From: Bacteroidales bacterium
GTDB taxonomy: Bacteria > Bacteroidota > Bacteroidia > Bacteroidales > UBA12077
Assembly (NCBI GenBank): GCA_028282785.1
Contig: JANQHE010000037.1
Location: 206,856-270,855, forward strand
Direction of reading: 5' to 3'
DNA length: 64,000 bases
Shown: piece after piece, positions 10,715-21,061 of the stretch
Layout: each line of letters starts with the position of its first letter
How positions within the stretch are numbered: the first letter of the stretch is position 1
Translations under genes and position numbers: made by a program
The notes under the pieces: model-generated
Database searches by the model: none
What the model was told of the DNA's origin: nothing
The model's input: the letters and a program-made list of their open reading frames with translations, nothing else

Positions 10715-10922
10715 TATTTAACTTTTTAGATTCCACCGGTAACAATTCATGACCAAATAATGCTAATACCTGGTTTATCTTGTCCATTCGCAAGGTTTCC
10801 TTTCCTTGTTCTAAATCACGTATAAAACGTAATCCTACACCTGCTTTCTCTGCTAATTCTTCTTGAGTTAATCCAAGTAATTTTCTACGGCCTTTGATAA
10901 ATTTTACTAATTTATTTTGCAT
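10707..10922 (-). CDS. XRE-family HTH protein (HipB-like)
   Basis: HTH region LTQEELAEKAGVGLRFIRDLEQGK. The ORF-track start at 10991 runs through the operator repeats, so the likely start is MQNKLVKF at 10922. Confidence 0.75.
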   Translation of the reverse strand: MQNKLVKFIKGRRKLLGLTQEELAEKAGVGLRFIRDLEQGKETLRMDKINQVLALFGHELLPVESKKLNNE

Positions 10923-10925
10923 AAC

Positions 10926-11024
10926 TATACCTTTTCGGGTATAAAAACCACATTCAAATACAATTTTATACCTTTTCGGGTATAAAAACAAGTATTTGAA
11001 TAAAAATATATCCGATCGGGTATA
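10926..11024. promoter_or_regulatory. Three palindromic operator-like sites upstream of the hipB-like gene
   Basis: TATACCttttcgGGTATA occurs at 10926..10943 and again at 10967..10984. An imperfect third site, TATATCCGATCGGGTATA, lies at 11007..11024. The architecture resembles the TATCC-N8-GGATA operators of E. coli hipBA. Confidence 0.6.
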
Positions 11025-11124
11025 TTTTCAGAATATATAAGTTGATTTTCCAAGAAAACTCAAGCGCCCATCTAAAATTCATATGCAAGATCAGAAAATC
11101 AAATAGCTATGTAAACCGATTATA

Positions 11125-12312
11125 TTACTTATATTTTACTTTTATAAACCTCGGGTGGTAAATTGTTGCGTCTTTCTGAATATCTTCCCAAAAATTAAAG
11201 GTAATTGTATTATAACTTATTAATAATTCGCCGGGTTTAGATAAGTGGTAATGTGCCTTTGCATTGTAAGGTAACAATCCCTTCTCAGCATATTCGGGGC
11301 AAGTATATACTTCATTTATTTCACCAAACGGCCCCACCGGACTGGCACCGACCTGAATTCCAATTTTATCGGAAATTCCGAGTATAGTAAAAGTTAATAA
11401 ATACCTTCCGTCTTCTATTGGTGTAAGGCTTAATTCATTTGATACTCCATCGGTTATTGGAAAAATATCTTCCTTATTCTTAACCCATTTTTTACCATTC
11501 CAAAAGGTCCATTTATTGACATTTTCGAAATTTGCAGGTAATGTTCGTGCTGCAATTAGCGATTTCTTTCCTTCAGCTATGCCATAAATATAAACATAGC
11601 CATCCGGATTAAGTGCATTTGCCTTTTCAGTGTTTACAAAAATACCACTGCCAAAATATATTCTGCCATATTTTTCATGAATAAAACCAAGGTCTGTTGC
11701 AATCTGTTCATACTCTTTTATTCCTGTTGAAGTTGGATTTTTAATCTTTAGCAATGCAATATTGGTTTGTTCAAAATCAAATACATTAGGCCCTGTTTTA
11801 TGAACATGATAAGCAAAAATATACAATGCGTTTTCTTTCTCATGATTAATAAAACCATCTCCTAACCAAAAATATTCTCCCTCAACAAAATTTCTATTAT
11901 TTGGAACAAAATATGATGTCGGATTTCCATTTTCATCTGTATTATATTCAAATGAAATTGCCTTTTTATCAGGCACATTACCTGTCATCCAGGCAGTAGT
12001 ATTATTTACCATTACATTTCCCGGCTTTGGAATATTATTTTCAACCTCCCCAATATAAGTATCACTGAAAATAAACAATGTTCTTTTTCCTTCTATTTCC
12101 TGATTTTCTATACCATCTAAAGGAATAGAGAATATTCCGTCGGCCCCAAACCATCCTGAAGTTCTTTCCATTAAAGCTGTCCATTCAGGAGCTGGCTCGC
12201 TTGTAAAAGTCAAAGGTTTAACAGGCTTTTCTTCTTTTGATGTCTGATTACAAGCATTCATTAAGAATACAATCGCGACAGCCAATAGGATTATGTTTTT
12301 CATCATTAACAA
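11125..12312 (-). CDS. PUL-encoded secreted glycoside-hydrolase candidate, paralog A (possibly DUF4185-like beta-propeller)
   Basis: Lipoprotein-type signal ..LMNACNQ. The shared N-terminal motif SGWFGADGIFSIPLDG..RTLFIFSDTYIG and the C-terminal YHPRFIKV are also present in 12340..13542 and 29681..30763. The family name is an uncertain recollection. Confidence 0.4.
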   Translation of the reverse strand: MLMMKNIILLAVAIVFLMNACNQTSKEEKPVKPLTFTSEPAPEWTALMERTSGWFGADGIFSIPLDGIENQEIEGKRTLFIFSDTYIGEVENNIPKPGNVMVNNTTAWMTGNVPDKKAISFEYNTDENGNPTSYFVPNNRNFVEGEYFWLGDGFINHEKENALYIFAYHVHKTGPNVFDFEQTNIALLKIKNPTSTGIKEYEQIATDLGFIHEKYGRIYFGSGIFVNTEKANALNPDGYVYIYGIAEGKKSLIAARTLPANFENVNKWTFWNGKKWVKNKEDIFPITDGVSNELSLTPIEDGRYLLTFTILGISDKIGIQVGASPVGPFGEINEVYTCPEYAEKGLLPYNAKAHYHLSKPGELLISYNTITFNFWEDIQKDATIYHPRFIKVKYK

Positions 12313-12339
12313 TTTTAGTTTTGAATCATTCCTGAAAAA

Positions 12340-13542
12340 TTATTCTTCATTCAATATCAGCTTCATTGGTACGCGTAAAAAACGAGCGCGGTAAGCATCT
12401 ACATTTTCAAATACATCTCTTACTCTTGTTGAATTAACGCAGTAAGAAACAAGTAATTCGTCATTTTCGATGTATTGAACATGTGCCAGAGCATTGTATG
12501 CATAAATATTCTTTGTGGAATCCAAACCGTGTTCAGGGGTATGATAAATGAATTTCTTATTACCAAAACCTTTATCCGGATAATCAGATGTATAGGTAAA
12601 TATTTCTGTTCCACCCCTTTCCTGAGTTAATAAAATATATTTATCCTTGTATCTGAAGATGCTGAATTGTTCAGACACACCCAAATCTATTTCAATGGGT
12701 AAAGATTTTGAAATATCCTTATTCCAGCCATCACCTGTAGAATACTCCCAATTGTCATAAAATGTTTTACTGCTTAATGGAATCCTGGCAGTATGTACTT
12801 TAGCAATTCCCGGGAAATTTTTGGTACCATAAATATATACATACTCGTTATCAACCATTACACAATTCCCAAAATCAATCTGATATTCAGCATAATCATA
12901 TCCAAGCTTTTTTGTTTCAATGTGCTTGAAATCAGGTAAAGTAAAACTATGCAGATCAACCCCACCTACCCTGAAAGCAAACATATCTTCAGTTAATTTA
13001 TCGACTGCATCCTGTTCTTCTTCGCTTTTTTCAATTTTTATTTTCGCTGAAGGCTCATTGTACATGTTTAATGCGAAAACATATAAGGTATCATTTTTTA
13101 CAAAACCATGGCCCGGCCAATACCAGCGATATGTGGTATCTCCGGGTTCATTTTCCGGTTCTATCAAACTTATAGGATTGTCATATTCTCCCCTATAAAT
13201 AGCTCTTGTTTCAGTCTGGCCCTTATTAACAACCACAAAGCTGTTTCGCAGCATTGTAGTGTTCACATTACGAGAACCATCCACAACTTTACCCAGGAAG
13301 CAATCGCCCAGGAAAAAAACAGATGATCCATCGGGTAAGGGTACGGAGAATATTCCGTCAGCCCCGGTAATACCTCCTGAATCGATATTAAACATAGAAC
13401 TAAACTTCTCATCTATAACAACTGTCATTTTCTCGCTATTGGTCACTTTCTTTTGGCAGGAAAATAATAAACCAATTAAGGAAATAACAAATAGTTTATT
13501 CACTGTTTTGACTATAAAAAATCTGTTTATTTTCTTCATCAT
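12340..13542 (-). CDS. PUL-encoded secreted glycoside-hydrolase candidate, paralog B
   Basis: Signal/lipobox ..LLFSCQ. Motif GGITGADGIFSVPLPDGSSVFFLGDCFLG, with C-terminal YRARFLRV. Confidence 0.4.
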   Translation of the reverse strand: MMKKINRFFIVKTVNKLFVISLIGLLFSCQKKVTNSEKMTVVIDEKFSSMFNIDSGGITGADGIFSVPLPDGSSVFFLGDCFLGKVVDGSRNVNTTMLRNSFVVVNKGQTETRAIYRGEYDNPISLIEPENEPGDTTYRWYWPGHGFVKNDTLYVFALNMYNEPSAKIKIEKSEEEQDAVDKLTEDMFAFRVGGVDLHSFTLPDFKHIETKKLGYDYAEYQIDFGNCVMVDNEYVYIYGTKNFPGIAKVHTARIPLSSKTFYDNWEYSTGDGWNKDISKSLPIEIDLGVSEQFSIFRYKDKYILLTQERGGTEIFTYTSDYPDKGFGNKKFIYHTPEHGLDSTKNIYAYNALAHVQYIENDELLVSYCVNSTRVRDVFENVDAYRARFLRVPMKLILNEE

Positions 13543-13595
13543 ATACTGTATTAGATTTGAAATAATATCTGTTGGTTAAATGGCTGAAAGTTAAT

Positions 13596-14597
13596 TTATT
13601 CAGGAAAGTTCATTTTCTCCATTATATTAACAAATCTTCGATCATTTCTAATGGGATCGTACCAATGTTCAACCTGCATAAAGATGAGAAACCATGACTG
13701 TTGATTATAAGCATCTTCCAATAATTCAAGAGCCTTTTCATAGTCTTTCATTCCAATATGGATAAAAGATCGTTGAACAGGCGGTAAATAATTACTTTCT
13801 GCTGCCACTGTGTAATAATCAGCTAATTGTTTCGCCTTTTCATATTCTCCGGCATCACCTAATGCATGTCCTAATCCTCCACCTACTTCAACAGTACCAT
13901 CAGATAGTTTAAATGCCTTTAAATAGGTATTGATTGCCTCATCGTGTTCCTTTAAACCATTATACGCCATTCCTAGCCAGTCGTAGGACCATGGAACTTC
14001 CGGATCCAGTTCAATACTTTTGAACATTAAAGTTTTCATTTCCTCAAAACGATACTGGAAATAGAGAAGAGAAGCTCTTCCGATCAAAAAATTATTATCC
14101 GAATCCATTGACATGATCGTATCAGATTGAGCCATAGCTCCATCAATATCGTTCATTGCAATTAACCACAGTGAATACCAATGCCTTGCACTTAGATTTT
14201 CAAAATCCTCCTTAATAGCCTTTAAAAAAGCCTGCTTTGATTCTTTCCATTTCCAATCAATAAAACTTAATACACCGGAGAGTTTATAAACTTCGGAATT
14301 AACCACACCGGTTTTTTCAATCTCATTTAAAGCATTCCTTGCTTCTTCAATGGCTATTTCTCTTGGTAAATAACCAAATACATAAAGAAGAATGTAAGCA
14401 TCGGCATATCCAATATATGCATCAACATTCGATGAGTCTTCTGCAATCTGAGATTTATACATTTTTGCCAGATCAAGAAATTCATTTTTATATTTACTTC
14501 CAAGAGAAGTCATTGCTTCTTGATCAATTATAATTTCTTTCTTTTGACAAGAAATAAATATTACCAGGCTTAATAATAACGTACTAATTTTTTTCAT
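13596..14597 (-). CDS. TPR-repeat lipoprotein
   Basis: Lipobox LVIFISCQ, followed by repeated A..Y...G/A..Y helical-hairpin patterns throughout. Confidence 0.55.
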   Translation of the reverse strand: MKKISTLLLSLVIFISCQKKEIIIDQEAMTSLGSKYKNEFLDLAKMYKSQIAEDSSNVDAYIGYADAYILLYVFGYLPREIAIEEARNALNEIEKTGVVNSEVYKLSGVLSFIDWKWKESKQAFLKAIKEDFENLSARHWYSLWLIAMNDIDGAMAQSDTIMSMDSDNNFLIGRASLLYFQYRFEEMKTLMFKSIELDPEVPWSYDWLGMAYNGLKEHDEAINTYLKAFKLSDGTVEVGGGLGHALGDAGEYEKAKQLADYYTVAAESNYLPPVQRSFIHIGMKDYEKALELLEDAYNQQSWFLIFMQVEHWYDPIRNDRRFVNIMEKMNFPE

Positions 14598-14605
14598 TGT
14601 GGGTT

Positions 14606-17599
14606 TTATTCTTCGATATATTTATGTATGATTTTCTTCCATAATTTATATCCGTTTGCGTTCAAATGCAGGCCATCGATACTGTAATCGTAATTTAATT
14701 TTCCTGTATTATCTTTAAAGTAAGTCCATAAATCTATGTATGTAAGCTGATTTTCTTTAGCCAAATCAGCGAGTTGATTATTTATTTTTATTATCTCCGG
14801 ATTTGGTCTTGTATAATGTAATCCATCATCAACCGGCAATACGCTTTGTACATAAATTTTTGTTTTCGGAGACTCTCTTTTGATTTGTTCAATAATCTTT
14901 CGATAATTGCTCATCACATGATCTGATGATTTACCATAAGCCAGATCATTTGTTCCTATTAAAATAAAGATTTTTTTTGGTTGGGATTCCGTTATTTCAG
15001 AAAGCCTTTCAAGGACCCCATCTGTATCATCTCCTCCAATTCCCCTGTTTTTGATATTTATATCATTAAATAATTCATGCCATTCACATTGATCGGTAAT
15101 ACTGTTACCAAGCATAATAATCTCATTTTCTGTATTCGGCAGCATCTCAAACTGTTCTTTACGATGATAGTAATATGCTTTCATCGCTTTGTTCCATGCC
15201 TCAATATCTTCAGCGAACTTGTTAAACTTTAAAATCTCTTCCTTTTCTGTTTCAGTTAAGATCGAACTCATTGAAGGCGGTTGATTTTCAGGAAGCGATC
15301 CCCATTCTTTATTTGGTTTATCACCCATAACTAATTCTATTTTCCCGCCTTTTATTATTTCTGAGTGATAAAACCAGGGATTATTCAATTCTTTACCGTT
15401 TAATTTTGCAGATTGAATATAAATGTTCTTTTTAGACGCATTCTTAGCATGAATTTCGAATTTTTCTCCCTGATAATAATTTTTATCAAGATGTATGGTA
15501 ATTTTCTCAAATCTTGGGCTTCCTAACTCGTATATTGGTTTCACCGCAGCACCTCCATCCATTTGGAACAAGCCCATTGCACTCATTACATACCAGGCTC
15601 CCATTTGCCCCTGATCTTCGTCTCCCAGCCAACCACTATGAGGATCTGCTCCATAATAATTCTCCATGATTTCGCTTACCCATTTTTGTGTTAACCAGGG
15701 TTTTCCTGAATAATTAAATAAATAAGCAGCCTGCATATTGGGTTGGTTTCCATGATTCACAGGCAGAACTCCCATTCCGGTTAAACTGTTTGATCCCAAA
15801 TGTTCCGAGTTAAAATTATGTGGAGCGGAAGTTGCAAACCCCTTTTCTAAACGCTTATTAAATTCTTCTTTCCCTATTAAATTTATTAATCCGTGCAAAT
15901 CATGTGGCACAAAATAAGTATATTGCCATGCATTCCCTTCTACCCATCCGGGCCCGAGCCATGAAACCTGCCCAAACTCACTAAAATTATCTACCCAAGA
16001 GCCATCTTTATGTTTTCTTCTCATAAAACCAAACGATGGGTCAAAGACATTCTGATAGTTATATGCTCTGTGCATAAACTGTTTATACTCTGTTGTTTTA
16101 TTTAATGCCCTGGCAAACTGTGCAACCGTCCAATCGTCATACGCGTACGCCAAAGTATTTGAAACAGGCCCGTCTTCATCGGGCACAAAACCATGTTCCA
16201 GGTATGTGTTTAAATGCCGGTTCCCGACATAACCTCCCGCTTCATGTGGTTTTCCCTGGATTGTCTGTAATTTATAAACTGCATCCCATGCTTTATTTAT
16301 ATCATAATTCCGAATTCCTTTTTGATATGCACTTACAATGAGTGAAATTTGATGGGAAGCTACCATAATAGCCGAATATTCAATACCGGTTGGTCCTTTA
16401 GGCAGCCATCCTCCTTTATCATAAATTTCCAGAAAAGAGTTTACCCAATTATTAGCTATATCAGGAGTTGCTAAAGTCCAGAGTTGATTTAGATTCCAGA
16501 ATGTGATCCAAAAACCATCACTTCCATATATTGGTTTCGAAGGATCCTCCAGTTGTTGAACCTTTTCATACATATCCATATATTTTCCATTCACATCGCT
16601 CCAGGTAGTTCTCCCGGCATAGGCCCTGTATAAATTTGTATAAAATTTGGTTTTATCTACCTCCGATCCGCCTTCTACTTCAATAACCGATAATAAGTCA
16701 TTCCATTGTTTTTTTGAATCAGAAACAACTTTATCAAAATTCCAATTATAATTGTTAAGCTCTGTTTCTAAATTTAATCTTGCCTGCTCAATGCTAACCA
16801 GGGATATACCTGATTGCACCATAATTTGCTCCCCTTCTTTTGTTTCAAATTCCACAAATGCTCCAACATCTCTATGTCCAAATCCGGATGAAACCCTTTC
16901 TGTATTTCTCACAATGTCTTCCTTCACCCATCCGTTTAATGATTTAAAAGGCTTGCTAAATCGCATTACAAAATGCAATACATATTCGTTGTAGTTAGCC
17001 TTTCTTAAACTTTGCTGATAAGATACTCCTTCAATTTCAGTATCGCTTACTTTTTTTATTTCAGTATAAAATATCTCAAAGCCATATTCCGATGGTATCT
17101 GAAGGTCGATTAAAATCCTTGCAGAATCATTTTTAGGGTAAGTATATCGTTGAAATCCGGTTCTGGTTGTAGTAGTTAATTCAGCTTTAATATTGTAATC
17201 ATCCAGAAATACGGAATAGTAGCCGGCTGAAGCTTCTTCATTTTGGTGTTTAAATGTTGATCGATAACCACGTTCAGGATGTTTCTCTGTTCCGGGGTTT
17301 ACTTTTAAAGTACCCACAGTTGGCATAGTCAATAACCCGGCCATAGTCCATGAATGAATGTGACTAAAACCAGCTATATTATTGATATCATATTCATATC
17401 CTGCTTTCCAGCCTAATTCCTGATTATCAGGGCTTAATTTTACCATTCCGAATGGTACCGTAGGACCCGGAAACAAAATCCATCTTGAATTATGTGTCCC
17501 AATCATCGGATCAACATAATCTACCGGCTTTTTATTTACCTGTGAAAAACTAAAAACTGCAATAAAAATTAAAACTGATGTGATAAATATTTTTTTCAT
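14606..17599 (-). CDS. GH92 alpha-mannosidase fused to a C-terminal SGNH/GDSL esterase domain
   Basis: GH92-type N-terminus VDYVDPMIGTHNSRWILFPGPTVPFGMVKLSPDN. The protein is 997 aa, against ~760 aa for a typical GH92. The last ~200 aa (about 14606..15200) carry the SGNH blocks GNSIT, GIGGD, GTND and DGLHL. Confidence 0.8.
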   Translation of the reverse strand: MKKIFITSVLIFIAVFSFSQVNKKPVDYVDPMIGTHNSRWILFPGPTVPFGMVKLSPDNQELGWKAGYEYDINNIAGFSHIHSWTMAGLLTMPTVGTLKVNPGTEKHPERGYRSTFKHQNEEASAGYYSVFLDDYNIKAELTTTTRTGFQRYTYPKNDSARILIDLQIPSEYGFEIFYTEIKKVSDTEIEGVSYQQSLRKANYNEYVLHFVMRFSKPFKSLNGWVKEDIVRNTERVSSGFGHRDVGAFVEFETKEGEQIMVQSGISLVSIEQARLNLETELNNYNWNFDKVVSDSKKQWNDLLSVIEVEGGSEVDKTKFYTNLYRAYAGRTTWSDVNGKYMDMYEKVQQLEDPSKPIYGSDGFWITFWNLNQLWTLATPDIANNWVNSFLEIYDKGGWLPKGPTGIEYSAIMVASHQISLIVSAYQKGIRNYDINKAWDAVYKLQTIQGKPHEAGGYVGNRHLNTYLEHGFVPDEDGPVSNTLAYAYDDWTVAQFARALNKTTEYKQFMHRAYNYQNVFDPSFGFMRRKHKDGSWVDNFSEFGQVSWLGPGWVEGNAWQYTYFVPHDLHGLINLIGKEEFNKRLEKGFATSAPHNFNSEHLGSNSLTGMGVLPVNHGNQPNMQAAYLFNYSGKPWLTQKWVSEIMENYYGADPHSGWLGDEDQGQMGAWYVMSAMGLFQMDGGAAVKPIYELGSPRFEKITIHLDKNYYQGEKFEIHAKNASKKNIYIQSAKLNGKELNNPWFYHSEIIKGGKIELVMGDKPNKEWGSLPENQPPSMSSILTETEKEEILKFNKFAEDIEAWNKAMKAYYYHRKEQFEMLPNTENEIIMLGNSITDQCEWHELFNDINIKNRGIGGDDTDGVLERLSEITESQPKKIFILIGTNDLAYGKSSDHVMSNYRKIIEQIKRESPKTKIYVQSVLPVDDGLHYTRPNPEIIKINNQLADLAKENQLTYIDLWTYFKDNTGKLNYDYSIDGLHLNANGYKLWKKIIHKYIEE

Positions 17600-17616
17600 A
17601 TTATGATTCTTTGAGC

Positions 17617-19932
17617 CTAATTTTCTATTATCATGGTTGTTTTACCATTCTCGGTTTTAAGAGTATAATATTCTCCTTTGTATTTTACATGATATAGCGT
17701 GCCGGAAAAGTTTAGCTGTCCATTAGTTTGAATTATTTTGCCATTAATATCAGGATAAAAACCAAAGAAATTCTTTAACATAACCTGTGACATAGCAATA
17801 CCTGAGGAAGATTCCCGGTTATGCCATCCTCTTTGGGCTATCCGAACTTTCGCTTTTTTATTCATTTTATTCTCGCCCCATAATTCATGTGCCTGGGCCC
17901 AAATTCCTTCGTTCGTAACCGGTTCGATATTATGATAAAAATCTAACGCTTTTTGTGGAAATCCTAGTTGAGTTAAAGCATCCATCGTACCAGCCGGCCA
18001 TCCGTCAAAAGCACCTAAGGGCCCATGGTCTGCCCTGTCTGAATCTTTAGCCGCAATATCTTTTAAAGATTGTGCGCGCATCCAATTATCTGTAATTAAC
18101 TCTCTGTAAACAAATTCCATCATTTCAGATTTTATATTAACAGGAATATCATCAGGTATATACCTTCCCATAAACATAAAATCAAGACAGTGCCTTACTT
18201 CAATTTTCTTACCATCAGGATATAAGCTATACCATACTCCATTTCCGGCATATAATTGCAACAGCCTTTCTACCATTTCATCAGCTTCGATGTGTAATTC
18301 CTTTGCTTTTTGCGGCTTCCCTTTCAATTCAAAGAAATTTGCTGTTTCACGCATCATCCAGATATAACCGGCATTAAAAGATGGTACTATATGTTTGTAA
18401 GTTGGTACACATTCAAGCAGATTCCACTCATCATCTCCAAAATCAGCCAGTTTGTAAATTTCATCTTGAGTGTTTGGTTGTCCGTATATTGAAATTCGCT
18501 CCCAGTTTGTTGCATAGTGTTCCAAGTGTTCTAATACTGTTTTTCCTTCAAGCTCTTTATCCAGAAATTCATAATCTCCCGAAACAGTGATATATGCACG
18601 AATCATTTGAAATAATGCCCAATAGTTTGCTGAATATCCATTACCAACACCTTTGCCCCCTTGATTATCCTGTCCGTAGAACTTTGAAGGGTCAATACTA
18701 ATCCAGGAGCTTAGATGTTCTTTCATCATCGCCGGGTCAATTGTTGCCCATAACGTGGACCATTCGGTAATATCCCAAAAAAATGTAATTGAGCCACCCC
18801 ACCTCGGCCCACCGGTTAAAAATACTTTATCATGCTGTGGAAGATTGGTGTGTGTTAAATAAAGCATTGTTAGCGGCCCGGTATAATAAACTTTCTTTGC
18901 TATTTCGTCATTAGTTTCAAGAACAGGAAAAGTTCCCGAAAGCATCTCATTTTCAGGATTAAATAAACTATACCAGCGTTTCTCCCATTCTTTTTCTATT
19001 TGACTGAAATTTGAATAAAAATTAGTTGTAAGACTTTCCAATTCCGATTTAATATCATCTTCATTATCACCATACACCATTACAAACTGAAAATCAAATG
19101 AGCTACCAGGCTCTATACCGGATTCAAGTTCTACTGTAGCTCCACTATTATATGCATTTAGCTTTACATGCGGATTAACTACTTTGAATCCCGTTATAGC
19201 CTCTGTTTCTGTGTCATGAATTAGAATACAGCCATCATCTATTTCGGTAAAATATTTACTACATTCCAGCAATTCTATATCAGATGGCCAGTTTGTCGTT
19301 AGTTTTTTCTTTTGTGGTTTTCCATTTATAAGTTCGGTTACATAGGCATCTTCTTCATCAATTGTTTTACCTATGAAGTGCCTTGCATTTTCTACTTCAT
19401 CATCTCTAACCGTAGTTTTACCTTCCATTTTGGGATAAGGGTACCACCACTGCCAATCGCCGGTATACTTAGAAATAAACCCGATAAGATCTTGCTCGAT
19501 TTTGATCGTTTTCATGGAATCAGATTCATTTGTAATCTTTATGTTCCACATTACCGCGTTCTTTTCAACAGGCATCCTTGTGCTACTTTCTATCCTAAAA
19601 CTTTCAAATTTGGCCCTTCTCAAGGCTTGATAAGGTTGCCAGCGAAATTCTTTAACCAAAGGAACTCCGCCATTTAACTTAAAAATCCCGGTATGATAAC
19701 CACCGGCATAAGGTGCTGCTGCCAACCAGCTTATTGAACTCATATCGGGATTAGTTAGTGCCTGGCTTTGGAAATTTCGAACCGATGGCTCCATATCCAC
19801 AGTATCAACTGATACCCAATTTCCTGAAAGTTCTTCAAGATTGGGAATATTATCATAAATTGAACTCGATTTTTCTTGTTTACAAGCACTTACAAACAAT
19901 AAAAAAATGATTAGCTGAATGAAATGTTTCAT
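17617..19932 (-). CDS. PUL lipoprotein, putative glycoside hydrolase of unassigned family
   Basis: Lipobox LLFVSACKQ. It is 771 aa and sits between the GH92 and the sugar kinase. I could not recognise a family signature. Confidence 0.3.
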   Translation of the reverse strand: MKHFIQLIIFLLFVSACKQEKSSSIYDNIPNLEELSGNWVSVDTVDMEPSVRNFQSQALTNPDMSSISWLAAAPYAGGYHTGIFKLNGGVPLVKEFRWQPYQALRRAKFESFRIESSTRMPVEKNAVMWNIKITNESDSMKTIKIEQDLIGFISKYTGDWQWWYPYPKMEGKTTVRDDEVENARHFIGKTIDEEDAYVTELINGKPQKKKLTTNWPSDIELLECSKYFTEIDDGCILIHDTETEAITGFKVVNPHVKLNAYNSGATVELESGIEPGSSFDFQFVMVYGDNEDDIKSELESLTTNFYSNFSQIEKEWEKRWYSLFNPENEMLSGTFPVLETNDEIAKKVYYTGPLTMLYLTHTNLPQHDKVFLTGGPRWGGSITFFWDITEWSTLWATIDPAMMKEHLSSWISIDPSKFYGQDNQGGKGVGNGYSANYWALFQMIRAYITVSGDYEFLDKELEGKTVLEHLEHYATNWERISIYGQPNTQDEIYKLADFGDDEWNLLECVPTYKHIVPSFNAGYIWMMRETANFFELKGKPQKAKELHIEADEMVERLLQLYAGNGVWYSLYPDGKKIEVRHCLDFMFMGRYIPDDIPVNIKSEMMEFVYRELITDNWMRAQSLKDIAAKDSDRADHGPLGAFDGWPAGTMDALTQLGFPQKALDFYHNIEPVTNEGIWAQAHELWGENKMNKKAKVRIAQRGWHNRESSSGIAMSQVMLKNFFGFYPDINGKIIQTNGQLNFSGTLYHVKYKGEYYTLKTENGKTTMIIEN

Positions 19933-19951
19933 AGGAGATGGTTGTTTTAAA

Positions 19952-21055
19952 TTAAGTCATTTTTTGTAATGCATATGCATATGCTCCTAAAGATGTAGCT
20001 TTACTCGCTCCCAGTTTTGTGAATCCAACACCAATTCTTGGCATGCTGTCGTATTTTACTTTTTTATCATAACCGGGAACCTTTAAATCTACCACCTTAC
20101 CTTTTGCATACGAATCAAATGTTAAGGGATTATCGATATCAAAAACTTTAAACGACAAACGATTATTTTTTTTGCCCATAAGGTCTTCCAGTTGCCGGTT
20201 AAGTTCTTTAAACATTGCAGGAGCAAAAAGATTGGCAGCCGCAATAATTCCTCCTCCAATTGCAACCAAACCATCAACCAGTGTTACAACATTGGCAATA
20301 GAACTTCCGAGATTTTCGCCATAAACATAAAAAGCTTCCTGCGCTGCTTCATAGTTACCAGCCACTTTTCTTTTGGCTATGTTATAAATATCTTTGGGCA
20401 TTAAACCAGGATTAAATTCCAGTCCTGCCCTTTCTGCATAGATTCTTTGTATAGCTCTTGTACTAACGCTTTCTTCCGCATTCCAATTTGGATTATATTT
20501 ATTTAAGGTATTATGAATTTCGGCACCGCAAGAGTTATCCCCAACAATTAGTTCCTGGTTTAAAACTATGCCACAACCAAACCCCGTACCAAGTGTTACT
20601 CCAACTAAATTACGATGTTGCAATATACTTCCTGCGTCTTTTAGTTTTTTATTAACATCGGGCAGAATACCTGATAAGGCTTCACCATATGCATATAAAT
20701 TACCATCATTATTAATAAAAACCGGAACTTTAAACTTTTGCTCGAGCATGGGCCCCATTGGAACTCCACCTTTAAAAGCCTCAAAGTTTGGCAAATCGCC
20801 TATTATTCCCTGATCGTAATCTGCCGGCCCGGGAAATGCAAAACTAATCGCGTCCGGTTTCCGGTTAATTTCTTTTTCCAAAAATTCAAACCCGTGGATA
20901 ATCGTGTGCAAACATTTATCTAAATTATCCGCGTTTGAAGGTAAGGTCATTGGCCCGGCAATTTCCTTATTTCCTTGTAAAGCAGAAAATACAAAATTAG
21001 TTCCCCCTGCATCAAGGGTTAAAACAATACGCTTATCATTATCTGTATCAATCAT
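19952..21055 (-). CDS. ROK-family sugar kinase (glucokinase/mannokinase-like)
   Basis: N-terminal ATP-binding motif LTLDAGGTNFVFSA, then GVTLGTGFGCGIV and AIGGGI. No signal peptide. Confidence 0.65.
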   Translation of the reverse strand: MIDTDNDKRIVLTLDAGGTNFVFSALQGNKEIAGPMTLPSNADNLDKCLHTIIHGFEFLEKEINRKPDAISFAFPGPADYDQGIIGDLPNFEAFKGGVPMGPMLEQKFKVPVFINNDGNLYAYGEALSGILPDVNKKLKDAGSILQHRNLVGVTLGTGFGCGIVLNQELIVGDNSCGAEIHNTLNKYNPNWNAEESVSTRAIQRIYAERAGLEFNPGLMPKDIYNIAKRKVAGNYEAAQEAFYVYGENLGSSIANVVTLVDGLVAIGGGIIAAANLFAPAMFKELNRQLEDLMGKKNNRLSFKVFDIDNPLTFDSYAKGKVVDLKVPGYDKKVKYDSMPRIGVGFTKLGASKATSLGAYAYALQKMT

Positions 21056-21061
21056 GACTAA

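Noticed and set aside
12420-12614. Short same-strand ORFs nested in larger genes (also 30916..31098 and 57484..57681)
   Set aside because: They are alternative frames inside well-supported longer ORFs and have no independent support.
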